A DNA stretch of 64,000 nt from Candidatus Zixiibacteriota bacterium. GTDB lineage: Bacteria > Zixibacteria > MSB-5A5 > GN15 > JAAZOE01. The notes beneath the pieces are model-generated. The model did not search any database. It worked only from the letters and a program-made list of their open reading frames with translations, and had not been told where the DNA came from. This document shows positions 21,432 to 30,226 of this stretch, piece after piece (the stretch's first letter is position 1; each line of letters opens with the position of its first letter). Location of the stretch: NCBI GenBank assembly GCA_043819555.1, contig JBDREQ010000009.1, forward strand, positions 99,006-163,005, given 5' to 3'. The position numbers and the translations under genes are program-made.

Positions 21432-22468
21432 CGCGCCGCCTCCTGAACCTTTGCGCCCGGTGTCAGCATTTTATGTCCCAAAACGACCACTCTATCATCC
21501 AATTGAATCTGCCCTTCAATCGCACTGTAATACTCTCCATTTGCCAGAACTTTAACCGAAATCAATCGCGCGGTATCGGAATGAATCGAATAAATTGAGG
21601 TTTCCCCTCCCCGATATAAGATGGCATCGTTAGGTACCAGTAATGCATTCGACAGCGTCTCGACCTCAATGTCGGCAATCACATAAACTCCCGGCGCGAA
21701 TCCTTTTATCGGTTCATCGAATCGGCATTCAACCTCAAAGCTCCTCGTGTCCCTATTAGCCGCATCCGCCACGCTGATAACTGTCCCGGTCATTGTATTT
21801 TCAATATCCTGAGATGAAGTGACTATAACTTTCTGACCGGTTTTGATAATGTCAACCTGAATCGTCGGTACATCGAGAATCAGCCGCAAAGCAGACACTT
21901 TGGCAATCTCAATCAACGGCAACCCCTGTGCCACTTCGTTTCCGATTCGTACCGGAATATCGACGACAACGCCGTCAAACGGGGCATTGATTTCAATCGC
22001 CTGTCGGGCGGATTCGAAATTGGCTTTAGCCACTTTATAATCCGTCTCAGCAGCGTCGCGCTGCGATTCAGAAATCGCTCCGGCGGCCAACAACCGCTCC
22101 ATTTTATTGAATTGTTTTTCGGCATTCAGAAAAACCGCTTCGGCCTGATTGTATTGCGTCTGGACTCCGCCGCGATCAAGCTTCACCAGCATATCGCCTT
22201 TTCCTACCGCTTGTCCGGTTCTAACCGGAATATCGACGACCGTGCCCGTCACTTTGGATAGTATCGTAGCCTGCCTATCACCTTTCAAAGTTCCTCCGAC
22301 CTTAATTGTCCGAGAAAAATCATTGACCGTCGCTTTTTCGGTTACGACCATGACCGGAGGAGCCTCGCCAATTTCGTTTGTCTCCTGCTCAAAACACCCC
22401 GTCACAATTACCAATGCCGTTAATACAAACATTATTTTCAAGAATTTCATTTTTTTATCCTTTACCAT
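21428..22468 (-). CDS. RND periplasmic adaptor (membrane fusion protein), lipoprotein
   Basis: Lipobox VTGC, lipoyl halves (VRTGQAVGKGDMLV and INAPFDGVV) and a central helical hairpin. Confidence 0.92.
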   Translation of the reverse strand: MVKDKKMKFLKIMFVLTALVIVTGCFEQETNEIGEAPPVMVVTEKATVNDFSRTIKVGGTLKGDRQATILSKVTGTVVDIPVRTGQAVGKGDMLVKLDRGGVQTQYNQAEAVFLNAEKQFNKMERLLAAGAISESQRDAAETDYKVAKANFESARQAIEINAPFDGVVVDIPVRIGNEVAQGLPLIEIAKVSALRLILDVPTIQVDIIKTGQKVIVTSSQDIENTMTGTVISVADAANRDTRSFEVECRFDEPIKGFAPGVYVIADIEVETLSNALLVPNDAILYRGGETSIYSIHSDTARLISVKVLANGEYYSAIEGQIQLDDRVVVLGHKMLTPGAKVQEAAR

Positions 22469-23808
22469 TGTGCCCCCCAATCCCGTCCGACTGCCCGTTT
22501 GAGTGAACTGACCGCAACGGCCAAATCATACAAAGCCGTTAACCGATTTACCCGAGCCGTTGTCAAGGCGACCTGCGAATCCAGAAGTTCAAGCTGGGTT
22601 CCGATGCCATTTTCAAAACGCACCTCGCCGATCGCAAGTCCTCGTTCGGCCTGCGATACGGTTTCGCCCAACGCCTCGACCCGTTGCCGGGCTTCATTCA
22701 CTTTCCCGACCGCGTCGCGGACCTCCAGTTGAATCTGTCGTTTCAATTGGCTGTTATTCAGCCGACTTTGGTTGTAATCAACTTTTGCCTGTTGAACCTT
22801 GCCGCCTGTTTCGAATCCGGAAAATATCGGCCAATTCAATACCACCGACACATTCCACGACCGATTCCAGGAATCGCCCGCAAGCGATGTCTTGCCAATA
22901 TCATCCTTAAAACTATCCCATTGGACACGGCTGTTGATGCCGACATCCGGCTTATATCCGCTTTTTGCGATAGATACCAATTTCTCGTTTATATTCATCA
23001 TTTCCCGGCTCTGAGCGATTTCGGGACGACTGGCAATCGCTTCGGATATCAAATCGTCCAAACTCAGTTCGGGAATCGAAATTTCCTCAATCGTCGTGCC
23101 CAATTCAATTTCCGTATCCGGTTCAAGGGCTAGAATATTCTTCAGATAATTCATTGCATGATCGGCGTCGTTTTCGGCCCGGATTCGATCCGGCCGAGTA
23201 TTGGCCACCTGAACCTGAGACCTCAATAGCTCATATTCTGAAGTCTGTCCTTCATTATATAGTTTCTGCACAACATCCAGATTGGCCTGCGCCACCAATT
23301 CGGCATCGCGAAAAACCTGCGCCGCTTCGTTCGCAGTCACCGCATTCAGATACGCCTTGTCGGCTTCGGCAGCGACGTCATGACGGGCCGCCCGAATCAA
23401 TTCATCGGTATAACTAAAGCCATATTTGGCTATTTTGATTGCCGTACCGACTTTCCCGGCCGCGTATAGAGGCTGGTATAAGCTAAATCCGAACGAATAA
23501 TTGTGCGGTGTACCGAAGCGCAATGTGAATTTATCTGTTTCGCCTTCATCATCGGTCATGGTCAACACCGAAGATTGCAAATCTATATTGCGAAGATATT
23601 GTCCGTCGAATGTTATCCGAGGAAACGCTCCCGCACGAGCCTCAACATACTGGCCCTGTATCCTTTCGCGTTCGAGCAAAGCCGCCTGATATCGCTCGTT
23701 TCTTTCTACAGCCAGCGCTACCGCTTTCTCTCGAGATAGCACAATCGTTTCCGCGTTGACAAACGGCGCCAGCATCAAAAGCGCCATTAACATCCCAAGT
23801 AATTTCAT
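22462..23808 (-). CDS. TolC family outer membrane efflux protein
   Basis: Signal peptide, QPLYAAG, WPIFSG and [16 protein letters not shown]. Confidence 0.92.
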   Translation of the reverse strand: MKLLGMLMALLMLAPFVNAETIVLSREKAVALAVERNERYQAALLERERIQGQYVEARAGAFPRITFDGQYLRNIDLQSSVLTMTDDEGETDKFTLRFGTPHNYSFGFSLYQPLYAAGKVGTAIKIAKYGFSYTDELIRAARHDVAAEADKAYLNAVTANEAAQVFRDAELVAQANLDVVQKLYNEGQTSEYELLRSQVQVANTRPDRIRAENDADHAMNYLKNILALEPDTEIELGTTIEEISIPELSLDDLISEAIASRPEIAQSREMMNINEKLVSIAKSGYKPDVGINSRVQWDSFKDDIGKTSLAGDSWNRSWNVSVVLNWPIFSGFETGGKVQQAKVDYNQSRLNNSQLKRQIQLEVRDAVGKVNEARQRVEALGETVSQAERGLAIGEVRFENGIGTQLELLDSQVALTTARVNRLTALYDLAVAVSSLKRAVGRDWGAQW

Positions 23809-24434
23809 GCATTCCTCTCTGTATTTAATGCCCGGCTGATAAGCCGGGTGTAATTTTCAATTTCAGTTTTCAATCTGTCCTCATATTCTTCCTGCACATG
23901 AATCAAAAACAGGTAACGAGACACGGCAATTATCATAACTGCCGCCGATAACCGATCCTCATAAGGCGAATCTTTTCCCTCTTCCAAATCGCCGAACGCC
24001 TCGGCGATTTTTTGCGTCGCCGCTTCGATTCTTTTATGCCAGTCAATAATGATCTCTGAGCAATCATCTCCGGAACCGCGCATGCCTGAAGTCAATATCA
24101 TCCGTACCAGATACCGGTGGTCAAACAACGTTTTAATAAAACCGGTAAACAGATTCCCTACCAGACTCTCCATGCTTTTGCTTTTCCCAATCGCTTCTTC
24201 AAAACATAGCAGAAAATGTTCATGACCGTGATCCATCAGCGAATCAAACAGATCCTGTTTATCTTTGAAATAATTGTAAAGCGTACCTTTTGAAAGTTCA
24301 GCCTCAATCGCGATTTCGTCCAGAGTCGCTTCGCCAAAGTTTTTTCGAGAAAAAACCCGCGCCGCCGCTTCCAGTATCGAATGCCTGCGCGCTTCTTTTT
24401 CTCGTTCTTTTCTTTTGGCTATCGATTTTTCCAT
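23805..24434 (-). CDS. TetR/AcrR family transcriptional regulator
   Basis: [46 protein letters not shown]. First gene of the efflux operon. Confidence 0.93.
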   Translation of the reverse strand: MEKSIAKRKEREKEARRHSILEAAARVFSRKNFGEATLDEIAIEAELSKGTLYNYFKDKQDLFDSLMDHGHEHFLLCFEEAIGKSKSMESLVGNLFTGFIKTLFDHRYLVRMILTSGMRGSGDDCSEIIIDWHKRIEAATQKIAEAFGDLEEGKDSPYEDRLSAAVMIIAVSRYLFLIHVQEEYEDRLKTEIENYTRLISRALNTERNA

Positions 24435-24453
24435 ATTTTACCTTCCAGTCAAC

Positions 24454-24473
24454 AAATGACCCCTCGGTCATTT
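24454..24473. promoter_or_regulatory. Putative TetR operator
   Basis: Perfect inverted repeat AAATGACC-N4-GGTCATTT, 20 bp upstream of the tetR start. Confidence 0.7.
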
Positions 24474-24671
24474 TTTGAATATACGGTAAGATTCAAAAAA
24501 AGTTCATACTTTTTTTCAATTTTTTATCATTTTTTTAATGGGAATTCTTGGTGTTTAATAGATTGGTATATATATTCTTAGCTTCTTCGGGAAATTATTT
24601 ATGGAAATAAATGGAAAAATGTGATGCCAAAATCTGTCGGAAATATGGCCCAATGTGTATATTATGACTGT

Positions 24672-26003
24672 ATGGATTTTTTCAATTCAGACAAAAAACC
24701 ACAGCCGGAAAATATTTCCGAAACCAGGCCTCTCGCCGACCGGATGCGACCGACGACTCTCGATGAATTTTGCGGCCAGGAAAAAATAATCGCTCCCGGC
24801 ACGCCTCTGCGTCGAGCTATCGAAGAGGGCCGTTCCGGCTCGATGATTTTTTGGGGTCCGCCCGGAAGCGGCAAAACCACACTGGCCTTTCTGATAGCCA
24901 ATTCATGCCCGGGAGATTTCCTGCCGTATTCCGCCGTTATATCGTCTATCCGCGAACTCAAAGACGTCATCGCCCGCGCCCGCAAACGCAAAAAAATGTA
25001 CGGCACCTCAACCCATCTTTTCATAGATGAAATTCACCGCTTCAATAAAGCCCAGCAGGATGCTTTTTTACCTTACGTTGAAGATGGCTCGATAGTTCTC
25101 ATTGGAGCCACAACAGAAAATCCATCGTTCGAAATCATCACTCCGCTTTTATCCCGCGTTCGAGTTCATGTTTTGGAACGGCTCACATCGGAACATATCA
25201 AAACTATTTTAAAACGTTCTCTTGAGGATAGCGAAAAAGGACTGGGCCAGCGGAAATTATCCATTGAGCAAAAAGGTCTCGATTATCTTGCTGAGCAATC
25301 CGATGGCGATGCCCGCTGGGCATTGTCCATCCTCGAAGCCGCCGCCGGTGATATAGAGGATAAAAACGAAATCACTTACGTTCTTCTCAAGAAAATCATC
25401 GGTCAGCGCAACATCATCTATGATAAATCGGCCGAAGAGCATTTTAATATAATCTCGGCCCTGCACAAATCGATTCGGGGCGGCGACATCGACGCATCGT
25501 TGTATTGGCTGGCGAGGATGCTCAAAGGCGGCGAACAGCCTTTATATATATTAAGGCGTCTGGTTCGCTTCGCATCCGAAGATGTGGGATTGGCCGACCC
25601 GTTTGCGCTGACGCTGTGCATGTCCGCCACCGAATCATATCGTTTTCTTGGTTCGCCCGAAGGCGAACTGGCTATCGCTCAGGCGGTCATCTATCTCGCC
25701 TCGGCTCCCAAATCAGTCTCGGCTTACAAAGCCTTCGGAGCCGTTATGGATGAAGTCGAAAAATCGGAAAACCTTCCCGTCCCGATGCATATTCGCAACG
25801 CTCCGACGCGTTTGATGAAAGATGTCGGATACGGCAAGGGATATATTTATCCTCCCGATAGCGACACGCCTTTTGTTGATCAGACATTTTTACCCGATAA
25901 TATTGCCGATAAGAAATTCTATTTCCCCACCGATAAGGGCCGTGAACGCAAAATCGCCACCTATTTCCACGCCTTCCGGAAATATCGGGAGGAGAAGAAG
26001 TAA
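24672..26003 (+). CDS. rarA: Replication-associated recombination protein A (RarA/MgsA)
   Basis: PLADRMRP, WGPPGSGKTT, FIDEIHRFNKAQQD, GATTENPSFE, ISALHKSIRG and ASEDVGLADP. Confidence 0.96.
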   Translation: MDFFNSDKKPQPENISETRPLADRMRPTTLDEFCGQEKIIAPGTPLRRAIEEGRSGSMIFWGPPGSGKTTLAFLIANSCPGDFLPYSAVISSIRELKDVIARARKRKKMYGTSTHLFIDEIHRFNKAQQDAFLPYVEDGSIVLIGATTENPSFEIITPLLSRVRVHVLERLTSEHIKTILKRSLEDSEKGLGQRKLSIEQKGLDYLAEQSDGDARWALSILEAAAGDIEDKNEITYVLLKKIIGQRNIIYDKSAEEHFNIISALHKSIRGGDIDASLYWLARMLKGGEQPLYILRRLVRFASEDVGLADPFALTLCMSATESYRFLGSPEGELAIAQAVIYLASAPKSVSAYKAFGAVMDEVEKSENLPVPMHIRNAPTRLMKDVGYGKGYIYPPDSDTPFVDQTFLPDNIADKKFYFPTDKGRERKIATYFHAFRKYREEKK

Positions 26004-26007
26004 TTTA

Positions 26008-26034
26008 GTAGGTCGAAATCCTTGCGGTTTCGAC
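26008..26034 (+). repeat. REP-like hairpin after rarA
   Basis: GTAG followed by GTCGAAA...TTTCGAC. Confidence 0.5.
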
Positions 26035-26071
26035 AATGTCATTTCCCTTGTTCCCCTGCCAGGCTATCGCC

Positions 26072-26220
26072 TGTCATTCCCGAGAGCGGAGTCCGGTTAG
26101 GGACGAAGCGAGTCGGGAATCCAGACTATACATTTCGTGGGCTGCAGACGTCCTCGTCCGCCCCATAGATAATCACAAAACTCTTAAAATTCCTGGACAC
26201 CCGCTTTCGCGGGTGTGACA
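26072..26220. repeat. Composite palindromic element (TGTCATTCCCG...GGGAATCCAG / CTGG...CCCGCTTTCGCGGG..TGACA) with nested REP
   Basis: Left arm 26072-26126 matches 46094-46148 at 49/55 nt. Right arm is 26193-26220, and a REP-like hairpin at 26137-26164 lies between the arms. Confidence 0.75.
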
Positions 26221-26281
26221 AATTTAATATGCAGGAAAAAAATATAACCCGCGTAGGAATTGGTTAATTGGGTAAGCGATA

Positions 26282-26746
26282 TCACTTCTGCACTATTACA
26301 ACCCTAGTCCCGGCAATACGGTCGCCAAATCGAGCGCATTCGTCTGAACGCAATATCAAAATTACGCCGGCGATGTTTAAAATTGGCAGGCTATCGACAG
26401 CACGCAGAATATTTCTAATCAAGCTTTTGACAAGGCCAGGCTTTTGTCCATCATAGTCTATAACCCGAATCCCGACTAAAAACTTCCCCAGCGTCGCACC
26501 CAAATAGCCTTCGAGCAAAACAAAATAAGAAACAATCACAATAAAAAAGATGATACACAGAGGGTCGGTTATAAAAAGCCCGAAACTCCAAAGGTGATCC
26601 GACGCGCCCATCAACCACGTCCCCTTGACAATTCTCGTAATCGGAAAGAAAAAAGCGCTCAGGATTGCGAAATCAAGAAACAGTCCCCAAAACCTCGGCC
26701 ACAAACCGGCATAAATGTATTTTTGATTTTCAGCCCCGCTTTTCAT
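26282..26746 (-). CDS. RDD family membrane protein
   Basis: YAGLWPRFWGLFLD, GATLGKFLVGIRV, RNILRAVD and RFGDRIAGTRVV. The upstream GTG at 26800 lies within a REP-like hairpin, so ATG 26746 is preferred. Confidence 0.9.
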   Translation of the reverse strand: MKSGAENQKYIYAGLWPRFWGLFLDFAILSAFFFPITRIVKGTWLMGASDHLWSFGLFITDPLCIIFFIVIVSYFVLLEGYLGATLGKFLVGIRVIDYDGQKPGLVKSLIRNILRAVDSLPILNIAGVILILRSDECARFGDRIAGTRVVIVQK

Positions 26747-26782
26747 CTCAATGCACCCCTTACGATAAGGATAAATACTGTT

Positions 26783-26842
26783 GGGGACAGGTGTCCACAC
26801 CTGTTCCCTAATCTATTTTTCCGCACAGATATGGACACCTGT
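26783..26842. repeat. REP-like hairpin pair
   Basis: GGGGACAGGTGT-CC-ACACCTGTTCCC (26783-26808) and a degenerate inverted copy, ACAGATATGGACACCTGT. Confidence 0.5.
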
Positions 26843-27079
26843 ACAGCACATTAAAAAACCATTGTATTAAAAATATATCTATATCGGATGATAAATCAAA
26901 TAATTATTGTGGGGATGAAGCACGAAGGGCGTCAGTTAATAATCAAATATATCGTCTTGCCTCGCAACGCTCCTTGAATCATCACCTTCATGTCCTGCCG
27001 TTAGGCAAGTTACAGCATCACATCGCCCAAACCACCCATTGAATTTGGGGCAACAGCTATCCCTATGTCCAAAAATAAC

Positions 27080-27108
27080 TTGACACGATTGCCGTAAATT
27101 ATTATCTT
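27080..27108 (+). promoter_or_regulatory. Sigma70-type promoter for the secreted-protein/TPR-bEBP operon
   Basis: TTGACA-N17-TATCTT. Confidence 0.6.
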
Positions 27109-27220
27109 TCGCATGTGAGGAGGTTCCCTTCTCCCACCCTGTTCATTAAGAAATCCTCGCCGCCCATTGGGAAAAGTATGCATAAAATATAAATAAAAAC
27201 CTTTAGCAAGGAGTGACGTC

Positions 27221-27586
27221 ATGTGGCGTAAAATTATTTTAGTCATGTTCGCGGCTCTAATATTGTTGGCTGCGTCATCGCCGGTTTTGGCCTACGACCC
27301 AAGGTGCCGACTCCCCTTCGGTGAACCATCAAACGATGAACACCCCTGGGGCGATGAAAACTATTCCAATGAACGACCCCTTATCGGATACGACCGAGTG
27401 TACACATTAACGGGAAATTATGATTTGATTTCCATAGCGGTACAGGGCGTCTGGGACAGCGCGGTTGGCAAAGCTAAGGAAATATTTGGCCTGCAGAATT
27501 CGCAAGCGCGAACTGCGACGGTTTCAGAAACCAGGACAATGCGAATTTACAATTCCCGGAAACCATCTGCGATGAGGAAAAGGTAA
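27221..27586 (+). CDS. Small secreted protein (candidate signalling pro-peptide)
   Basis: RBS GCAAGGAG; Sec signal MWRKIILVMFAALILLAASSPVLA; mature part contains NDEHPWGDE. Stop is 2 nt before the bEBP start. Confidence 0.75.
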   Translation: MWRKIILVMFAALILLAASSPVLAYDPRCRLPFGEPSNDEHPWGDENYSNERPLIGYDRVYTLTGNYDLISIAVQGVWDSAVGKAKEIFGLQNSQARTATVSETRTMRIYNSRKPSAMRKR

Positions 27587-27588
27587 TC

Positions 27589-29847
27589 ATGAGTCAAACT
27601 TTAAACACGAAATCGGATGTCCGGTTTGAATTATTGCGACAATTGTCGCAATCGATTCAGCGAGGAGATATTTCCGGTGGTCTGCGCATGGCGAAACAAA
27701 TACGCCAAAAAATGATCGCGGAAAAAGATCTTCTGGCCGGACAATTTCGGTGTCTTGAAGCGAAGCTCTGGCTATTGTCCGGTGATTACCATAAATCCCT
27801 CACGTCGGCGCGCGTGTCAGCTTCTTTCCTGACGCCATTTGGCGAATCGGAAGAACTGGCCGAAGCGTTTCTAATAGCAGGGAAGTCATTGATTAATATC
27901 GGTAATTACCGCGAAGCGGAAACAGCATTTTTAGACGCCGATTCACTTTACCGCAGGACCGACAATGATGCCGGTCGCATAAATGCGGTTAACCAACTGG
28001 CCCGAGTCAGCTTCATCCACGCCGAGTACAAAAGCGCGTTGAAGTATCTACTTGAAGCGATAAAACTTGCGGAGAAGACGGGCGACCGCAAAAAACTGGC
28101 TTTTTTATGGGGCAACCTTGGACGAGTCTATACGTTTTTGGGAAACTTCAAAAAAGCCAAAGAATCTCTCAAAATGGATCTTCAGCTTTGTGATGAATTT
28201 GACAATGAGAACGAGAGGGCAAAGGCACTGTTATCTCTCGGTTATATAGAGATGCAGCAAGAGAGATATGAAAAGGCCGAACAGCGATACGATGAGGCCA
28301 ATTTGATTCTTAAACGGCTGGACATGAAACGCGAACTCATAATCAGCCAGACGTATTATGGTGAATTAAGACTCAAATGCGGTGATCTGTCCGCGTCCAG
28401 GCGTTTATTGAATGAGGCGGCTGAGACGGCCAGGACAATGGCTCCCGAATCGTCGCTTCTGGTTATGCCTCTTCGGCTTCTGGCAGAGCTTGAATTGACC
28501 GGCTGTAGTTACAGTTCTGCATCGCGTTTGGCCAACAAGGCTTATGATTTGGCTCGAAAGATAAATGAGCCGATCGAAAAGGCCTGTGCACTAAGAATTA
28601 TTGCACAAATAGATTTCGCGAAAAAGCCGGAATGCATCAAAACTGTCGAGAAAACCCGGCAGACATTTCTAAAAGTTCTTGAAATAATGCATGATTATGA
28701 TGCCCGGTTTGAATTAGCGGAAACTCTGGTAATAATGGCTGAATGCGGTATTAGCTCTCAACGCCGCCGATTGGCTAATCTATTCCGAGCGAGTGATATA
28801 TATAATCGACTGGGAATAGAATCAAAGCTGGAAAAAACTCAGAAGCTTATCAATCAATCTGAAATTTCCACGGCTTCACCAAGAAAATCAAAACCAAAGC
28901 CTGCCTCGAATGCGCCAGTGATAATTACAATCAATGCCCGTATGGAAAAGATAATGGAGCAAATAGCCCTGGCGGCCAGGTCGGAATTGCCGGTTTTACT
29001 AATGGGCGAAACCGGAACCGGTAAGGACCTGCTGGCCAAATATTATCACAGCCATACCGGTCGGACGGGTGATTTTGTGGCAATAAATTGCGCCGCCTTT
29101 CCCGATACGCTTCTCGAGGCTGAGCTCTTTGGATACCGCAAAGGCGCATTTACCGGCGCCGGGGCTGATAAAGAGGGGCTCTTGCATCGCGCCAGCGGTG
29201 GAACATTCTTCCTTGATGAAATCGGAGAGATGTCGTTCATATCGCAGGCGAAATTATTGTCGGTGATTGAAACCTGCCGAACTCGACGGCTGGGTGGAAC
29301 CGAAGAAGAAAGCCTGGATATCAGGTTCATTGCCGCCACAAACTGTAATTTGGCTGAAATGGTTGATGACGGTACCTTCCGGAGAGATCTTTTTTATCGC
29401 CTGAGTGGAATCTGTTTTAAGATTCCCTCACTTGCGGAAAGACCGGAGGATATACCGATATTATTGAGACATTTTCTCGAGAGAGAAAACGCTTTGATAA
29501 AAGATCAAGACCTCGATCCGGAATTGATTAATCAATTCACATCGAGGACATGGCCTGGAAACATCAGACAGCTTGAATCGGAAGTCAAAAAGCTGGTATT
29601 GTTTTCGGAGATCGCTCGGGAGGATTCACTTGGCGATCTGGCTGAAATCCTGGTCCAGAATGATGGTGACAACGAAACCATAACTTTGATGAATCAGGTG
29701 GAACAGTTCGAGAAGGCATTGATTATCAAAGCCCTTCGCGGGTCGAGCGGGAATAAATCCCTCGCCGCGCGGACTTTGTCAATTCATGAATCGACCCTTC
29801 GGGCGAAAATGAAACGATATGATCTGAGTATGAGCATGATATCGTAA
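27589..29847 (+). CDS. TPR-repeat sigma54-dependent transcriptional activator (bEBP; TPR-AAA+-Fis HTH)
   Basis: About 430 aa of TPR-like helical repeats, then GETGTGKD, ELFGYRKGAFTGA, FFLDEIGEM, FRRDLFYRL, WPGNIRQL and HTH GNKSLAARTLSIHESTLRAKM. No receiver domain. Confidence 0.93.
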   Translation: MSQTLNTKSDVRFELLRQLSQSIQRGDISGGLRMAKQIRQKMIAEKDLLAGQFRCLEAKLWLLSGDYHKSLTSARVSASFLTPFGESEELAEAFLIAGKSLINIGNYREAETAFLDADSLYRRTDNDAGRINAVNQLARVSFIHAEYKSALKYLLEAIKLAEKTGDRKKLAFLWGNLGRVYTFLGNFKKAKESLKMDLQLCDEFDNENERAKALLSLGYIEMQQERYEKAEQRYDEANLILKRLDMKRELIISQTYYGELRLKCGDLSASRRLLNEAAETARTMAPESSLLVMPLRLLAELELTGCSYSSASRLANKAYDLARKINEPIEKACALRIIAQIDFAKKPECIKTVEKTRQTFLKVLEIMHDYDARFELAETLVIMAECGISSQRRRLANLFRASDIYNRLGIESKLEKTQKLINQSEISTASPRKSKPKPASNAPVIITINARMEKIMEQIALAARSELPVLLMGETGTGKDLLAKYYHSHTGRTGDFVAINCAAFPDTLLEAELFGYRKGAFTGAGADKEGLLHRASGGTFFLDEIGEMSFISQAKLLSVIETCRTRRLGGTEEESLDIRFIAATNCNLAEMVDDGTFRRDLFYRLSGICFKIPSLAERPEDIPILLRHFLERENALIKDQDLDPELINQFTSRTWPGNIRQLESEVKKLVLFSEIAREDSLGDLAEILVQNDGDNETITLMNQVEQFEKALIIKALRGSSGNKSLAARTLSIHESTLRAKMKRYDLSMSMIS

Positions 29848-29945
29848 ATTCATACGAATAAACACACTTCTTGCTAATAAGGGTAAGTTCTTATTTATTC
29901 AGGGCTTACCCTTTTTTTGTATCCGTATCGTAAAATCAAACGAAT
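29840..29945. promoter_or_regulatory. Two enhancer (UAS)-like repeats
   Basis: TATCGTAAATTCATACGAAT (29840-29859) and TATCGTAAAATCAAACGAAT (29926-29945) are 18/20 identical, each with TCGT...ACGA dyad symmetry. Confidence 0.65.
29879..29918 (+). terminator. Intrinsic terminator of the bEBP operon
   Basis: AAGGGTAAG...CTTACCCTT stem followed by a T-run. Confidence 0.8.
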
Positions 29946-30031
29946 GGGCATTCCGTGATCGAAATTGGTGTAAGGTTATAAGTGATTGTTTTTCATTTGG
30001 TTGGGCTGACGAAAATATCCATTTTCAAAAA

Positions 30032-30047
30032 AGGCACAAACCTTGCT
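30032..30047 (+). promoter_or_regulatory. Sigma54 -24/-12 promoter
   Basis: AGGCACAAACCTTGCT: GG (30033-34), 10 nt, GC (30045-46), matching GGCAC-N5-TTGC. An IHF-like TAAGTGATTGTTT lies at 29979-29991. Confidence 0.8.
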
Positions 30048-30057
30048 ATAGGATTTG

Positions 30058-30150
30058 TGTCATTTTTAGCTCCTTTTTGCGCTGCTTTAATAGTCCTTTT
30101 TTCTCGGTTGGCCACCCGTACTTGAGGGGAGTACGGGGGCCATTTTAATT
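30058..30150 (+). ncRNA. Candidate sigma54-dependent small RNA with anti-Shine-Dalgarno motifs
   Basis: Lies between the sigma54 promoter and a GC-rich hairpin (30109-30142) followed by TTTTAATTT. No credible ORF. Contains GTCATTTTTAGCTCCTTTTT and TAGTCCTTTTTT. Confidence 0.55.
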
Positions 30151-30226
30151 TATGGATAAAACTGTTTTTCAATCAGTCCAAGAAATTAATTGTATAAAGC
30201 CATGAAGAGATATATTTTGGAGCGAT

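Noticed and set aside
26995..27012. GTTAGGC integron core-site match
   Set aside because: No complementary inverse core at attC distance, no cassette array and no integrase.
30046..30078. Minus-strand SD plus ATG (AAGGAG-CTAAAA-ATG) suggesting a gene
   Set aside because: The ORF is only MTQIL*. It is better explained as the anti-SD face of a plus-strand sRNA.
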